Source of the DNA: Eimeria praecox
Lineage: Eukaryota
Length of the DNA: 64,000 nucleotides
Direction: 5' to 3'
Assembly: GCA_963920595.1 (NCBI GenBank)
Contig: OY986947.1
Coordinates: forward strand, 310,001-374,000
This document shows, piece after piece, positions 25,719-41,925 of this stretch; the stretch's first letter is position 1; each line of letters starts with the position of its first letter. The position numbers and the translations under genes are program-made. Under the pieces are notes generated by a model that saw nothing but the letters and a program-made list of their open reading frames with translations, did not search any database and was not told where the DNA came from.

Positions 25719-27470
25719 GTGGCAAACGTGCCACAACACCACCGCCGAAAAAGAATGCAGACATACATTCACCAACCCCGCTCTAGACAGTTGATCGTAT
25801 GTGCAACGTCTGACGGGAATTGCCGCCTCCAAGCTAGAGGCTCTTCCACTGTTTCGATACTACAATCACACCCACGTACCTGCTGCACAAGAAAAAACAC
25901 CGCGCGCAGCACAACTCCCTGATGAGCACGATTCTTGCATTCCTCACCTTGCCGCCCGTCGGTGCTGTCATGAATCCGCTCCCGCCCAGCTCCACACAAC
26001 AGGCAGTAAAACCCATGATTCACAAAGCGGCTCATTGAGAGAGCCTAACCCTGTCCGCAATACCATACCCAATCGTCCAAATCATCATGCATCTAGCGTT
26101 CCCACCTCAACACGCACACCCGCGGAAACGCTCAACTTCCAACACCCTCACACCCAGTGGCAAACGTGCCACAACACCACCGCCGAAAAAGAATGCAGAC
26201 ATACATTCACCAACCCCGCTCTAGACAGTTGATCGTATGTGCAACGTCTGACGGGAATTGCCGCCTCCAAGCTAGAGGCTCTTCCACTGTTTCGATACTA
26301 CAATCACACCCACGTACCTGCTGCACAAGAAAAAACAACGCGCGCAGCACAACTCCCTGATAAGCACGATTCTTGCATTCCTCACCTTGCCGCCCGTCGG
26401 TGCTGTCATGAATCCGCTCCCGCCCAGCTCCACACAACAGGCAGTAAAACCCATGATTCACAAAGCGGCTCATTGAGACAGCCTAACCCTGTCCGCAATA
26501 CCATACCCAATCGTCCAAATCATCATGCATCTAGCGTTCCCACCTCAACACGCACACCCGCGGAAACGCTCAACTTCCAACACCCTCACACCCAGTGGCA
26601 AACGTGCCACAACACCACCGCCGAAAAAGAATGCAGACATACATTCACCAACCCCGCTCTAGACAGTTGATCGTATGTGCAACGTCTGACGGGAATTGCC
26701 GCCTCCAAGCTAGAGGCTCTTCCACTGTTTCGATACTACAATCACAACCACGTACCTCCTGCACAAGAAAAAACACCGCGCGCAGCACAACTCCCTGATG
26801 AGCACGATTCTTGCATTCCTCACCTTGCCACCCGTCGGTGCTGTCATGAATCCGCTCCCACCCACCTCCACACAACAGGCAGTAAAACCCATGATTCACA
26901 AAGCGGCTCATTGAGACAGCCTAACCCTGTCCGCAATACCATACCCAATCGTCCAAATCATCATGCATCTAGCGTTCCCACCTCAACACGCACACCCGCG
27001 GAAACGCTCAACTTCCAACACCCTCACACCCAGTGGCAAACGTGCCACAACACCACCGCCGAAAAAAAATGCAGACATGCATTCACCAACCCCGCTCTAG
27101 ACAGTTGATCGTATGTGCAACGTCTGACGGGAATTGCCGCCTCCAAGCTAGAGGCTCTTCCACTGTTTCGATACTACAATCACACCCACGTACCTGCTGC
27201 ACAAGAAAAAACACCGCGCGCAGCACAACTCCCTGATGAGCACGATTCTTGCATTCCTCACCTTCCCGCCCGTCGGTGCTGTCATGAATCCGCTCCCACC
27301 CACCTCCACACAACAGGCAGTAAAACCCATGATTCACAAACCAGCTCATTGAGAGAGCCTAACCCTGTCCGCAATACCATACCCAATCGTCCAAATCGTC
27401 ATGCATCTAGCGTACCCACCCCAACACGCACACCCGCGGGAACGCTCAACTTGCAGCACCCTCACAACCA

Positions 27471-30400
27471 GTGGCAAACGTGCCACAACACCACCGCCGA
27501 AAAAGAATGCAGACATACATTCACCAACCCCGCTCTAGACAGTTGATCGTATGTGCAACGTCTGACGGGAATTGCCGCCTCCAAGCTAGAGGCTCTTCCA
27601 CTGTTTCGATACTACAATCACACCCACGTACCTGCTGCACAAGAAAAAACAACGCGCGCAGCACAACTCCCTGATAAGCACGATTCTTGCATTCCTCACC
27701 TTGCCGCCCGTCGGTGCTGTCATGAATCCGCTCCCGCCCAGCTCCACACAACAGGCAGTAAAACCCATGATTCACAAAGCGGCTCATTGAGACAGCCTAA
27801 CCCTGTCCGCAATACCATACCCAATCGTCCAAATCATCATGCATCTAGCGTTCCCACCTCAACACGCACACCCGCGGAAACGCTCAACTTCCAACACCCT
27901 CACACCCAGTGGCAAACGTGCCACAACACCACCGCCGAAAAAGAATGCAGACATACATTCACCAACCCCGCTCTAGACAGTTGATCGTATGTGCAACGTC
28001 TGACGGGAATTGCCGCCTCCAAGCTAGAGGCTCTTCCACTGTTTCGATACTACAATCACAACCACGTACCTCCTGCACAAGAAAAAACACCGCGCGCAGC
28101 ACAACTCCCTGATGAGCACGATTCTTGCATTCCTCACCTTGCCACCCGTCGGTGCTGTCATGAATCCGCTCCCACCCACCTCCACACAACAGGCAGTAAA
28201 ACCCATGATTCACAAAGCGGCTCATTGAGACAGCCTAACCCTGTCCGCAATACCATACCCAATCGTCCAAATCATCATGCATCTAGCGTTCCCACCTCAA
28301 CACGCACACCCGCGGAAACGCTCAACTTCCAACACCCTCACACCCAGTGGCAAACGTGCCACAACACCACCGCCGAAAAAAAATGCAGACATGCATTCAC
28401 CAACCCCGCTCTAGACAGTTGATCGTATGTGCAACGTCTGACGGGAATTGCCGCCTCCAAGCTAGAGGCTCTTCCACTGTTTCGATACTACAATCACAAC
28501 CACGTACCTCCTGCACAAGAAAAAACACCGCGCGCAGCACAACTCCCTGATGAGCACGATTCTTGCATTCCTCACCTTGCCACCCGTCGGTGCTGTCATG
28601 AATCCGCTCCCGCCCAGCTCCACACAACAGGCAGTAAAACCCATGATTCACAAAGCGGCTCATTGAGACAGCCTAACCCTGTCCGCAATACCATACCCAA
28701 TCGTCCAAATCATCATGCATCTAGCGTTCCCACCTCAACACGCACACCCGCGGAAACGCTCAACTTCCAACACCCTCACACCCAGTGGCAAACGTGCCAC
28801 AACACCACCGCCGAAAAAAAATGCAGACATACATTCACCAACCCCGCTCTAGACAGTTGATCGTATGTGCAACGTCTGACGGGAATTGCCGCCTCCAAGC
28901 TAGAGGCTCTTCCACTGTTTCGATACTACAATCACACCCACGTACCTGCTGCACAAGAAAAAACACCGCGCGCAGCACAACTCCCTGATGAGCACGATTC
29001 TTGCATTCCTCACCTTGCCGCCCGTCGGTGCTGTCATGAATCCGCTCCCGCCCAGCTCCACACAACAGGCAGTAAAACCCATGATTCACAAAGCGGCTCA
29101 TTGAGACAGCCTAACCCTGTCCGCAATACCATACCCAATCGTCCAAATCATCATGCATCTAGCGTTCCCACCTCAACACGCACACCCGCGGGAACGCTCA
29201 ACTTGCAGCACCCTCACAACCAGTGGCAAACGTGCCACAACACCACCGCCGAAAAAGAATGCAGACATACATTCACCAACCCCGCTCTAGACAGTTGATC
29301 GTATGTGCAACGTCTGACGGGAATTGCCGCCTCCAAGCTAGAGGCTCTTCCACTGTTTCGATACTACAATCACACCCACGTACCTGCTGCACAAGAAAAA
29401 ACAACGCGCGCAGCACAACTCCCTGATAAGCACGATTCTTGCATTCCTCACCTTGCCGCCCGTCGGTGCTGTCATGAATCCGCTCCCGCCCAGCTCCACA
29501 CAACAGGCAGTAAAACCCATGATTCACAAAGCGGCTCATTGAGACAGCCTAACCCTGTCCGCAATACCATACCCAATCGTCCAAATCATCATGCATCTAG
29601 CGTTCCCACCTCAACACGCACACCCGCGGAAACGCTCAACTTCCAACACCCTCACACCCAGTGGCAAACGTGCCACAACACCACCGCCGAAAAAGAATGC
29701 AGACATACATTCACCAACCCCGCTCTAGACAGTTGATCGTATGTGCAACGTCTGACGGGAATTGCCGCCTCCAAGCTAGAGGCTCTTCCACTGTTTCGAT
29801 ACTACAATCACAACCACGTACCTCCTGCACAAGAAAAAACACCGCGCGCAGCACAACTCCCTGATGAGCACGATTCTTGCATTCCTCACCTTGCCACCCG
29901 TCGGTGCTGTCATGAATCCGCTCCCACCCACCTCCACACAACAGGCAGTAAAACCCATGATTCACAAAGCGGCTCATTGAGACAGCCTAACCCTGTCCGC
30001 AATACCATACCCAATCGTCCAAATCATCATGCATCTAGCGTTCCCACCTCAACACGCACACCCGCGGAAACGCTCAACTTCCAACACCCTCACACCCAGT
30101 GGCAAACGTGCCACAACACCACCGCCGAAAAAAAATGCAGACATGCATTCACCAACCCCGCTCTAGACAGTTGATCGTATGTGCAACGTCTGACGGGAAT
30201 TGCCGCCTCCAAGCTAGAGGCTCTTCCACTGTTTCGATACTACAATCACAACCACGTACCTCCTGCACAAGAAAAAACACCGCGCGCAGCACAACTCCCT
30301 GATGAGCACGATTCTTGCATTCCTCACCTTGCCACCCGTCGGTGCTGTCATGAATCCGCTCCCGCCCAGCTCCACACAACAGGCAGTAAAACCCATGATT

Positions 30401-30974
30401 CACAAAGCGGCTCATTGAGACAGCCTAACCCTGTCCGCAATACCATACCCAATCGTCCAAATCATCATGCATCTAGCGTTCCCACCTCAACACGCACACC
30501 CGCGGAAACGCTCAACTTCCAACACCCTCACACCCAGTGGCAAACGTGCCACAACACCACCGCCGAAAAAAAATGCAGACATACATTCACCAACCCCGCT
30601 CTAGACAGTTGATCGTATGTGCAACGTCTGACGGGAATTGCCGCCTCCAAGCTAGAGGCTCTTCCACTGTTTCGATACTACAATCACACCCACGTACCTG
30701 CTGCACAAGAAAAAACACCGCGCGCAGCACAACTCCCTGATGAGCACGATTCTTGCATTCCTCACCTTGCCGCCCGTCGGTGCTGTCATGAATCCGCTCC
30801 CGCCCAGCTCCACACAACAGGCAGTAAAACCCATGATTCACAAAGCGGCTCATTGAGACAGCCTAACCCTGTCCGCAATACCATACCCAATCGTCCAAAT
30901 CATCATGCATCTAGCGTTCCCACCTCAACACGCACACCCGCGGGAACGCTCAACTTGCAGCACCCTCACAACCA
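27471..30974. repeat. 4-monomer HOR, 1752 bp x2
   Basis: Identical translations at 27553/29305, 27991/29743, 28429/30181 and 28867/30619. A partial earlier copy lies at 26239/26677 (1314 bp upstream). Confidence 0.9.
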
Positions 30975-32726
30975 GTGGCAAACGTGCCACAACACCACCG
31001 CCGAAAAAGAATGCAGACATACATTCACCAACCCCGCTCTAGACAGTTGATCGTATGTGCAACGTCTGACGGGAATTGCAGCCTCCAAGCTAGAGGCTCT
31101 TCCACTGTTTCGATACTACAATCACACCCACGTACCTGCTGCACAAGAAAAAACACCGCGCGCAGCACAACTCCCTGATGAGCACGATTCTTGCATTCCT
31201 CACCTTCCCGCCCGTCGGTGCTGTCATGAATCCGCTCCCACCCACCTCCACACAACAGGCAGTAAAACCCATGATTCACAAACCAGCTCATTGAGACAGC
31301 CTAACCCTGTCCGCAATACCATACCCAATCGTCCAAATCGTCATGCATCTAGCGTACCCACCCCAACACGCACACCCGCGGAAACGCTCAACTTGCAGCA
31401 CCCTCACAACCAGTGGCAAACGTGCCACAACACCACCGCCGAAAAAGAATGCAGACATACATTCACCAACCCCGCTCTAGACAGTTGATCGTATGTGCAA
31501 CGTCTGACGGGAATTGCCGCCTCCAAGCTAGAGGCTCTTCCACTGTTTCGATACTACAATCACAACTACGTACCTGCTGCACAAGAAAAAACACCGCGCG
31601 CAGCACAACTCCCTGATGAGCACGATTCTTGCATTCCTCACCTTGCCGCCCGTTGGTGCTGTCATGAATCCGCTCCCACCCACCTCCACACAACAGGCAG
31701 TAAAACCCATGATTCACAAACCAGCTCATTGAGAGAGCCTAACCCTGTCCGCAATACCATACCCAATCGTCCAAATCGTCATGCATCTAGCGTACCCACC
31801 CCAACACGCACACCCGCGGGAACGCTCAACTTGCAGCACCCTCACAACCAGTGGCAAACGTGCCACAACACCACCGCCGAAAAAGAATGCAGACATACAT
31901 TCACCAACCCCGCTCTAGACAGTTGATCGTATGTGCAACGTCTGACGGGAATTGCCGCCTCCAAGCTAGAGGCTCTTCCACTGTTTCGATACTACAATCA
32001 CAACTACGTACCTGCTGCACAAGAAAAAACACCGCGCGCAGCACAACTCCCTGATGAGCACGATTCTTGCATTCCTCACCTTGCCGCCCGTTGGTGCTGT
32101 CATGAATCCGCTCCCGCCCAGCTCCACACAACAGGCAGTAAAACCCATGATCCACAAACCAGCTCATTGAGAGAGCCTAACCCTGTCCGCAATACCATAC
32201 CCAATCGTCCAAATCATCATGCATCTAGCGTTCCCACCTCAACACGCACACCCGCGGGAACGCTCAACTTCCAACACCATCACACCCAGTGGCAAACGTG
32301 CCACAACACCACCGCCGAAAAAGAATGCAGACATACATTCACCAACCCCGCTCTAGACAGTTGATCGTATGTGCAACGTCTGACGGGAATTGCCGCCTCC
32401 AAGCTAGAGGCTCTTCCACTGTTTCGATACTACAATCACAACTACGTACCTGCTGCACAAGAAAAAACAACGCGCGCAGCACAACTCCCTGATAAGCACG
32501 ATTCTTGCATTCCTCACCTTGCCGCCCGTCGGAGATGTCATGAATCCGCTCCCGCCCAGCTCCACACAACAGGCAGTAAAACCCATGATTCGCAAAGCGG
32601 CTCATTGAGACAGCCTAACCCTGTCCGCAATACCATGCCCAATCGTCCAAATCGTCATGCATCTAGCGTTCCCACCTCAACACGCACACCAGCGGAAACG
32701 CTCAACTTCCAACACCCTCACACCCA

Positions 32727-35700
32727 GTGGCAAACGTGCCACAACACCACCGCCGAAAAAGAATGCAGACATACATTCACCAACCCCGCTCTAGACAGTT
32801 GATCGTATGTGCAACGTCTGACGGGAATTGCCGCCTCCAAGCTAGAGGCTCTTCCACTGTTTCGATACTACAATCACAACCACGTACCTCCTGCACAAGA
32901 AAAAACACCGCGCGCAGCACAACTCCCTGATGAGCACGATTCTTGCATTCCTCACCTTGCCGCCCGTCGGTGCTGTCATGAATCCGCTCCCACCCACCTC
33001 CACACAACAGGCAGTAAAACCCATGATTCACAAACCAGCTCATTGAGAGAGCCTAACCCTGTCCGCAATACCATACCCAATCGTCCAAATCGTCATGCAT
33101 CTAGCGTTCCCACCTCAACACGCAAACCCGCGGAAACGCTCAACTTCCAACACCCTCACACCCAGTGGCAAACGTGCCACAACACCACCGCCGAAAAAGA
33201 ATGCAGACATACATTCACCAACCCCGCTCTAGACAGTTGATCGTATGTGCAACGTCTGACGGGAATTGCCGCCTCCAAGCTAGAGGCTCTTCCACTGTTT
33301 CGATACTACAATCACAACCACGTACCTCCTGCACAAGAAAAAACACCGCGCGCAGCACAACTCCCTGATAAGCACGATTCTCGCATTCCTCACCTTGCCG
33401 CCCGTCGGTGCTGTCATGAATCCGCTCCCACCCACCTCCACACAACAGGCAGTAAAACCCATGATTCACAAACCAGCTCATTGAGAGAGCCTAACCCTGT
33501 CCGCAATACCATACCCAATCGTCCAAATCGTCATGCATCTAGCGTTCCCACCTCAACGCGCAAACCCGCGGAAACGCTCAACATGCAACACCCTCACACC
33601 CAGTGGCAAACGTGCCACAACACCACCGCCGAAAAAGAATGCAGACATACATTCACCAACCCCGCTCTAGACAGTTGATCGTATGTGCAACGTCTGACGG
33701 GAATTGCCGCCTCCAAGCTAGAGGCTCTTCCACTGTTTCGATACTACAATCACAACTACGTACCTGCTGCACAAGAAAAAACAACGCGCGCAGCACAACT
33801 CCCTGATAAGCACGATTCTTGCATTCCTCACCTTGCCGCCCGTTGGTGCTGTCATGAATCCGCTCCCACCCAGCTCCACACAACAGGCAGTAAAACCCAT
33901 GATTCACAAACCAGCTCATTGAGAGAGCCTAACCCTGTCCGCAATACCATACCCAATCGTCCCAATCATCATGCATCTAGCGTTCCCACCTCAACACGCA
34001 CACCCGCGGAAACGCTCAACATGCAACACCCTCACACCCAGTGGCAAACGTGCCACAACACCACCACCGAAAATGAATGCAGACATACATTCACCAACCC
34101 CGCTCTAGACAGTTGATCGTATGTGCAACGTCTGACGGGAATTGCCGCCTCCAAGCTAGAGGCTCTTCCACTGTTTCGATACTACAATCACAACCACGTA
34201 CCTCCTGCACAAGAAAAAACACCGCGCGCAGCACAACTCCCTGATGAGCACGATTCTTGCATTCCTCACCTTGCCGCCCGTCGGTGCTGTCATGAATCCG
34301 CTCCCACCCACCTCCACACAACAGGCAGTAAAACCCATGATTCACAAACCAGCTCATTGAGAGAGCCTAACCCTGTCCGCAATACCATACCCAATCGTCC
34401 AAATCGTCATGCATCTAGCGTTCCCACCTCAACACGCAAACCCGCGGAAACGCTCAACTTCCAACACCCTCACACCCAGTGGCAAACGTGCCACAACACC
34501 ACCGCCGAAAAAGAATGCAGACATACATTCACCAACCCCGCTCTAGACAGTTGATCGTATGTGCAACGTCTGACGGGAATTGCCGCCTCCAAGCTAGAGG
34601 CTCTTCCACTGTTTCGATACTACAATCACAACCACGTACCTCCTGCACAAGAAAAAACACCGCGCGCAGCACAACTCCCTGATAAGCACGATTCTCGCAT
34701 TCCTCACCTTGCCGCCCGTCGGTGCTGTCATGAATCCGCTCCCACCCACCTCCACACAACAGGCAGTAAAACCCATGATTCACAAACCAGCTCATTGAGA
34801 GAGCCTAACCCTGTCCGCAATACCATACCCAATCGTCCAAATCGTCATGCATCTAGCGTTCCCACCTCAACGCGCAAACCCGCGGAAACGCTCAACATGC
34901 AACACCCTCACACCCAGTGGCAAACGTGCCACAACACCACCGCCGAAAAAGAATGCAGACATACATTCACCAACCCCGCTCTAGACAGTTGATCGTATGT
35001 GCAACGTCTGACGGGAATTGCCGCCTCCAAACTAGAGGCTCTTCCACTGTTTCGATACTACAATCACAACTACGTACCTGCTGCACAAGAAAAAACAACG
35101 CGCGCAGCACAACTCCCTGATAAGCACGATTCTTGCATTCCTCACCTTGCCGCCCGTTGGTGCTGTCATGAATCCGCTCCCACCCAGCTCCACACAACAG
35201 GCAGTAAAACCCATGATTCACAAACCAGCTCATTGAGAGAGCCTAACCCTGTCCGCAATACCATACCCAATCGTCCCAATCATCATGCATCTAGCGTTCC
35301 CACCTCAACACGCACACCCGCGGAAACGCTCAACATGCAACACCCTCACACCCAGTGGCAAACGTGCCACAACACCACCACCGAAAATGAATGCAGACAT
35401 ACATTCACCAACCCCGCTCTAGACAGTTGATCGTATGTGCAACGTCTGACGGGAATTGCCGCCTCCAAGCTAGAGGCTCTTCCACTGTTTCGATACTACA
35501 ATCACAACCACGTACCTCCTGCACAAGAAAAAACACCGCGCGCAGCACAACTCCCTGATGAGCACGATTCTTGCATTCCTCACCTTGCCGCCCGTCGGTG
35601 CTGTCATGAATCCGCTCCCACCCACCTCCACACAACAGGCAGTAAAACCCATGATTCACAAACCAGCTCATTGAGAGAGCCTAACCCTGTCCGCAATACC

Positions 35701-36670
35701 ATACCCAATCGTCCAAATCGTCATGCATCTAGCGTTCCCACCTCAACACGCAAACCCGCGGAAACGCTCAACTTCCAACACCCTCACACCCAGTGGCAAA
35801 CGTGCCACAACACCACCGCCGAAAAAGAATGCAGACATACATTCACCAACCCCGCTCTAGACAGTTGATCGTATGTGCAACGTCTGACGGGAATTGCCGC
35901 CTCCAAGCTAGAGGCTCTTCCACTGTTTCGATACTACAATCACAACCACGTACCTCCTGCACAAGAAAAAACACCGCGCGCAGCACAACTCCCTGATAAG
36001 CACGATTCTCGCATTCCTCACCTTGCCGCCCGTCGGTGCTGTCATGAATCCGCTCCCACCCACCTCCACACAACAGGCAGTAAAACCCATGATTCACAAA
36101 CCAGCTCATTGAGAGAGCCTAACCCTGTCCGCAATACCATACCCAATCGTCCAAATCGTCATGCATCTAGCGTTCCCACCTCAACGCGCAAACCCGCGGA
36201 AACGCTCAACATGCAACACCCTCACACCCAGTGGCAAACGTGCCACAACACCACCGCCGAAAAAGAATGCAGACATACATTCACCAACCCCGCTCTAGAC
36301 AGTTGATCGTATGTGCAACGTCTGACGGGAATTGCCGCCTCCAAACTAGAGGCTCTTCCACTGTTTCGATACTACAATCACAACTACGTACCTGCTGCAC
36401 AAGAAAAAACAACGCGCGCAGCACAACTCCCTGATAAGCACGATTCTTGCATTCCTCACCTTGCCGCCCGTTGGTGCTGTCATGAATCCGCTCCCACCCA
36501 CCTCCACACAACAGGCAGTAAAACCCATGATTCACAAACCAGCTCATTGAGAGAGCCTAACCCTGTCCGCAATACCATACCCAATCGTCCCAATCATCAT
36601 GCATCTAGCGTTCCCACCTCAACACGCACACCCGCGGAAACGCTCAACATGCAACACCCTCACACCCAGT
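32727..36670. repeat. 3-monomer HOR, 1314 bp x3
   Basis: Matching variants at 32809/34123/35437, 33247/34561/35875 (gattctcgc) and 33685/34999/36313 (ccaccaccgaaaatg). Confidence 0.92.
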
Positions 36671-39600
36671 GGCAAACGTGCCACAACACCACCACCGAAA
36701 ATGAATGCAGACATACATTCACCAACCCCGCTCTAGACAGTTGATCGTATGTGCAACGTCTGACGGGAATTGCCGCCTCCAAGCTAGAGGCTCTTCCACT
36801 GTTTCGATACTACAATCACAACCACGTACCTGCTGCACAAGAAAAAACAACGCGCGCAGCACAACTCCCTGATAAGCACGATTCTTGCATTCCTCACCTT
36901 CCCGCCCGTTGGTGCTGTCATGAATCCGCTCCCACCCACCTCCACACAACAGGCAGTAAAACCCATGATTCACAAACCAGCTCATTGAGAGAGCCTAACC
37001 CTGTCCGCAATACCATACCCAATCGTCCCAATCATCATGCATCTAGCGTTCCCACCTCAACACGCACACCCGCGGAAACGCTCAACACGCAACACCCTCA
37101 CACCCAGTGGCAAACGTGCCACAACACCACCGCCGAAAAAGAATGCAGACATACATTCACCAACCCCGCTCTAGACAGTTGATCGTATGTGCAACGTCTG
37201 ACGGGAATTGCCGCCTCCAAGCTAGAGGCTCTTCCACTGTTTCGATACTACAATCACAACCACGTACCTGCTGCACAAGAAAAAACAACGCGCGCAGCAC
37301 AACTCCCTGATAAGCACGATTCTTGCATTCCTCACCTTGCCGCCCGTCGGTGCTGTCATGAATCCGCTCCCACCCACCTCCACACAACAGGCAGTAAAAC
37401 CCATGATTCACAAAGCGGCTCATTGAGAGAGCCTAACCCTGTCCGCAATACCATACCCAATCGTCCAAATCGTCATGCATCTAGCGTTCCCACCTCAACA
37501 CGCACACCCGCGGAAACGCTCAACATGCAACACCCTCACACCCAGTGGCAAACGTGCCACAACACCACCGCCGAAAAAGAATGCAGACATACATTCACCA
37601 ACCCCGCTCTAGACAGTTGATCGTATGTGCAACGTCTGACGGGAATTGCCGCCTCCAAGCTAGAGGCTCTTCCACTGTTTCGATACTACAATCACAACTA
37701 CGTACCTCCTGCACAAGAAAAAACAACGCGCGCACCACAACTCCCTGATAAGCACGATTCTTGCATTCCTCACCTTGCCGCCCGTCGGTGCTGTCATGAA
37801 TCCGCTCCCACCCACCTCCACACAACAGGCAGTAAAACCCATGATTCACGAACCAGCTCATTGAGAGAGCCTAACCCTGTCCGCAATACCATACCCAATC
37901 GTCCAAATCGTCATGCATCTAGCGTTCCCACCTCAACGCGCACACCCGCGGAAACGCTCAACTTCCAACACCCTCACACCCAGTGGCAAACGTGCCACAA
38001 CACCACCGCCGAAAAAGAATGCAGACATACATTCACCAACCCCGCTCTAGACAGTTGATCGTATGTGCAGCGTCTGACGGGAATTGCCGCCTCCAAGCTA
38101 GAGGCTCTTCCACTGTTTCGATACTACAATCACAACCACGTACCTGCTGCACAAGAAAAAACAACGCGCGCAGCACAACTCCCTGATAAGCACGATTCTT
38201 GCATTCCTCACCTTGCCGCCCGTTGGTGCTGTCATGAATCCGCTCCCACCCACCTCCACACAACAGGCAGTAAAACCCATGATTCACAAACCAGCTCATT
38301 GAGAGAGCCTAACCCTGTCCGCAATACCATACCCAATCGTCCAAATCGTCATGCATCTAGCGTTCCCACCTCAACACGCAAACCCGCGGAAACGCTCAAC
38401 ATGCAACACCCTCACACCCAGTGGCAAACGTGCCACAACACCACCGCCGAAAATGAATGCAGACATACATTCACCAACCCCGCTCTAGACAGTTGATCGT
38501 ATGTGCAACGTCTGACGGGAATTGCCGCCTCCAAGCTAGAGGCTCTTCCACTGTTTCGATACTACAATCACAACCACGTACCTGCTGCACAAGAAAAAAC
38601 ACCGCGCGCAGCACAACTCCCTGATGAGCACGATTCTTGCATTCCTCACCTTCCCGCCCGTCGGTGCTGTCATGAATCCGCTCCCGCCCAGCTCCACACA
38701 ACAGGCAGTAAAACCCATGATTCACAAACCAGCTCATTGAGAGAGCCTAACCCTGTCCGCAATACCATACCCAATCGTCCAAATCGTCATGCATCTAGCG
38801 TTCCCACCTCACCACGCACACTCGCGGAAACGCTCAACTTCCAACACCCTCACACCCAGTGGCAAACGTGCCACAACACCACCGCCGAAAAAGAATGCAG
38901 ACATACATTCACCAACCCCGCTCTAGACAGTTGATCGTATGTGCAACGTCTGACGGGAATTGCCGCCTCCAAGCTAGAGGCTCTTCCACTGTTTCGATAC
39001 TACAATCACAACCACGTACCTCCTGCACAAGAAAAAACACCGCGCGCAGCACAACTCCCTGATAAGCACGATTCTTGCATTCCTCACCTTGCCGCCCGTC
39101 GGTGCTGTCATGAATCCGCTCCCACCCACCTCCACACAACAGGCAGTAAAACCCATGATTCACAAACCAGCTCATTGAGAGAGCCTAACCCTGTCCGCAA
39201 TACCATACCCAATCGTCCAAATCGTCATGCATCTAGCGTACGCACCCCAACACGCACACCCGCGGAAACGCTCAACACGCAACACCCTCACAACCAGTGG
39301 CAAACGTGCCACAACACCACCGCCGAAAAAGAATGCAGACATACATTCACCAACCCCGCTCTAGACAGTTGATCGTATGTGCAACGTCTGACGGGAATTG
39401 CCGCCTCCAAGCTAGAGGCTCTTCCACTGTTTCGATACTACAATCACAACCACGTACCTCCTGCACAAGAAAAAACACCGCGCGCAGCACAACTCCCTGA
39501 TGAGCACGATTCTCGCATTCCTCACCTTGCCGCCCGTCGGTGCTGTCATGAATCCGCTCCCACCCACCTCCACACAACAGGCAGTAAAACCCATGATTCA

Positions 39601-40172
39601 CAAACCAGCTCATTGAGAGAGCCTAACCCTGTCCGCAATACCATACCCAATCGTCCAAATCGTCATGCATCTAGCGTTCCCACCTCAACGCGCAAACCCG
39701 CGGAAACGCTCAACATGCAACACCCTCACAACCAGTGGCAAACGTGCCACAACACCACCGCCGAAAAAGAATGCAGACATACATTCACCAACCCCGCTCT
39801 AGACAGTTGATCGTATGTGCAACGTCTGACGGGAATTGCCGCCTCCAAGCTAGAGGCTCTTCCACTGTTTCGATACTACAATCACAACTACGTACCTGCT
39901 GCACAAGAAAAAACAACGCGCGCAGCACAACTCCCTGATGAGCACGATTCTTGCATTCCTCACCTTCCCGCCCGTTGGTGCTGTCATGAATCCGCTCCCA
40001 CCCAGCTCCACACAACAGGCAGTAAAACCCATGATTCACAAACCAGCTCATTGAGAGAGCCTAACCCTCTCCGCAATACCATACCCAATCGTCCCAATCA
40101 TCATGCATCTAGCGTTCCCACCTCAACACGCACACCCGCGGGAACGCTCAACATGCAACACCCTCACAACCA

Positions 40173-41925
40173 GTGGCAAACGTGCCACAACACCACCGCC
40201 GAAAAAGAATGCAGACATACATTCACCAACCCCGCTCTAGACAGTTGATCGTATGTGCAACGTCTGACGGGAATTGCCGCCTCCAAGCTAGAGGCTCTTC
40301 CACTGTTTCGATACTACAATCACAACCACGTACCTGCTGCACAAGAAAAAACAACGCGCGCAGCACAACTCCCTGATAAGCACGATTCTTGCATTCCTCA
40401 CCTTGCCGCCCGTCGGTGCTGTCATGAATCCGCTCCCACCCACCTCCACACAACAGGCAGTAAAACCCATGATTCACAAACCAGCTCATTGAGAGAGCCT
40501 AACCCTGTCCGCAATACCATACCCAATCGTCCAAATCATCATGCATCTAGCGTTCCCACCTCACCACGCACACTCGCGGAAACGCTCAACTTCCAACACC
40601 CTCACACCCAGTGGCAAACGTGCCACAACACCACCGCCGAAAAAGAATGCAGACATACATTCACCAACCCCGTTCTAGACAGTTGATCGTATGTGCAACG
40701 TCTGACGGGAATTGCCGCCTCCAAGCTAGAGGCTCTTCCACTGTTTCGATACTACAATCACAACCACGTACCTCCTGCACAAGAAAAAACAACGCGCGCA
40801 GCACAACTCCCTGATGAGCACGATTCTTGCATTCCTCACCTTGCCGCCCGTTGGTGCTGTCATGAATCCGCTCCCACCCACCTCCACACAACAGGCAGTA
40901 AAACCCATGATTCACAAACCAGCTCATTGAGAGAGCCTAACCCTGTCCGCAATACCATACCCAATCGTCCAAATCATCATGCATCTAGCGTTCCCACCTC
41001 AACACGCACACCCGCGGAAACGCTCAACATGCAACACCCTCACACCCAGTGGCAAACGTGCCACAACACCACCGCCGAAAATGAATGCAGACATACATTC
41101 ACCAACCCCGCTCTAGACAGTTGATCGTATGTGCAACGTCTGACGGGAATTGCCGCCTCCAAGCTAGAGGCTCTTCCACTGTTTCGATACTACAATCACA
41201 ACCACGTACCTGCTGCACAAGAAAAAACAACGCGCGCAGCACAACTCCCTGATAAGCACGATTCTTGCATTCCTCACCTTGCCGCCCGTCGGTGCTGTCA
41301 TGAATCCGCTCCCACCCACCTCCACACAACAGGCAGTAAAACCCATGATTCACAAACCAGCTCATTGAGAGAGCCTAACCCTGTCCGCAATACCATACCC
41401 AATCGTCCAAATCATCATGCATCTAGCGTTCCCACCTCACCACGCACACTCGCGGAAACGCTCAACTTCCAACACCCTCACACCCAGTGGCAAACGTGCC
41501 ACAACACCACCGCCGAAAAAGAATGCAGACATACATTCACCAACCCCGTTCTAGACAGTTGATCGTATGTGCAACGTCTGACGGGAATTGCCGCCTCCAA
41601 GCTAGAGGCTCTTCCACTGTTTCGATACTACAATCACAACCACGTACCTCCTGCACAAGAAAAAACAACGCGCGCAGCACAACTCCCTGATGAGCACGAT
41701 TCTTGCATTCCTCACCTTGCCGCCCGTTGGTGCTGTCATGAATCCGCTCCCACCCACCTCCACACAACAGGCAGTAAAACCCATGATTCACAAACCAGCT
41801 CATTGAGAGAGCCTAACCCTGTCCGCAATACCATACCCAATCGTCCAAATCATCATGCATCTAGCGTTCCCACCTCAACACGCACACCCGCGGAAACGCT
41901 CAACATGCAACACCCTCACACCCAG
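40173..41925. repeat. 2-monomer HOR, 876 bp x2
   Basis: Identical translations at 40255/41131 and 40693/41569. Confidence 0.88.
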
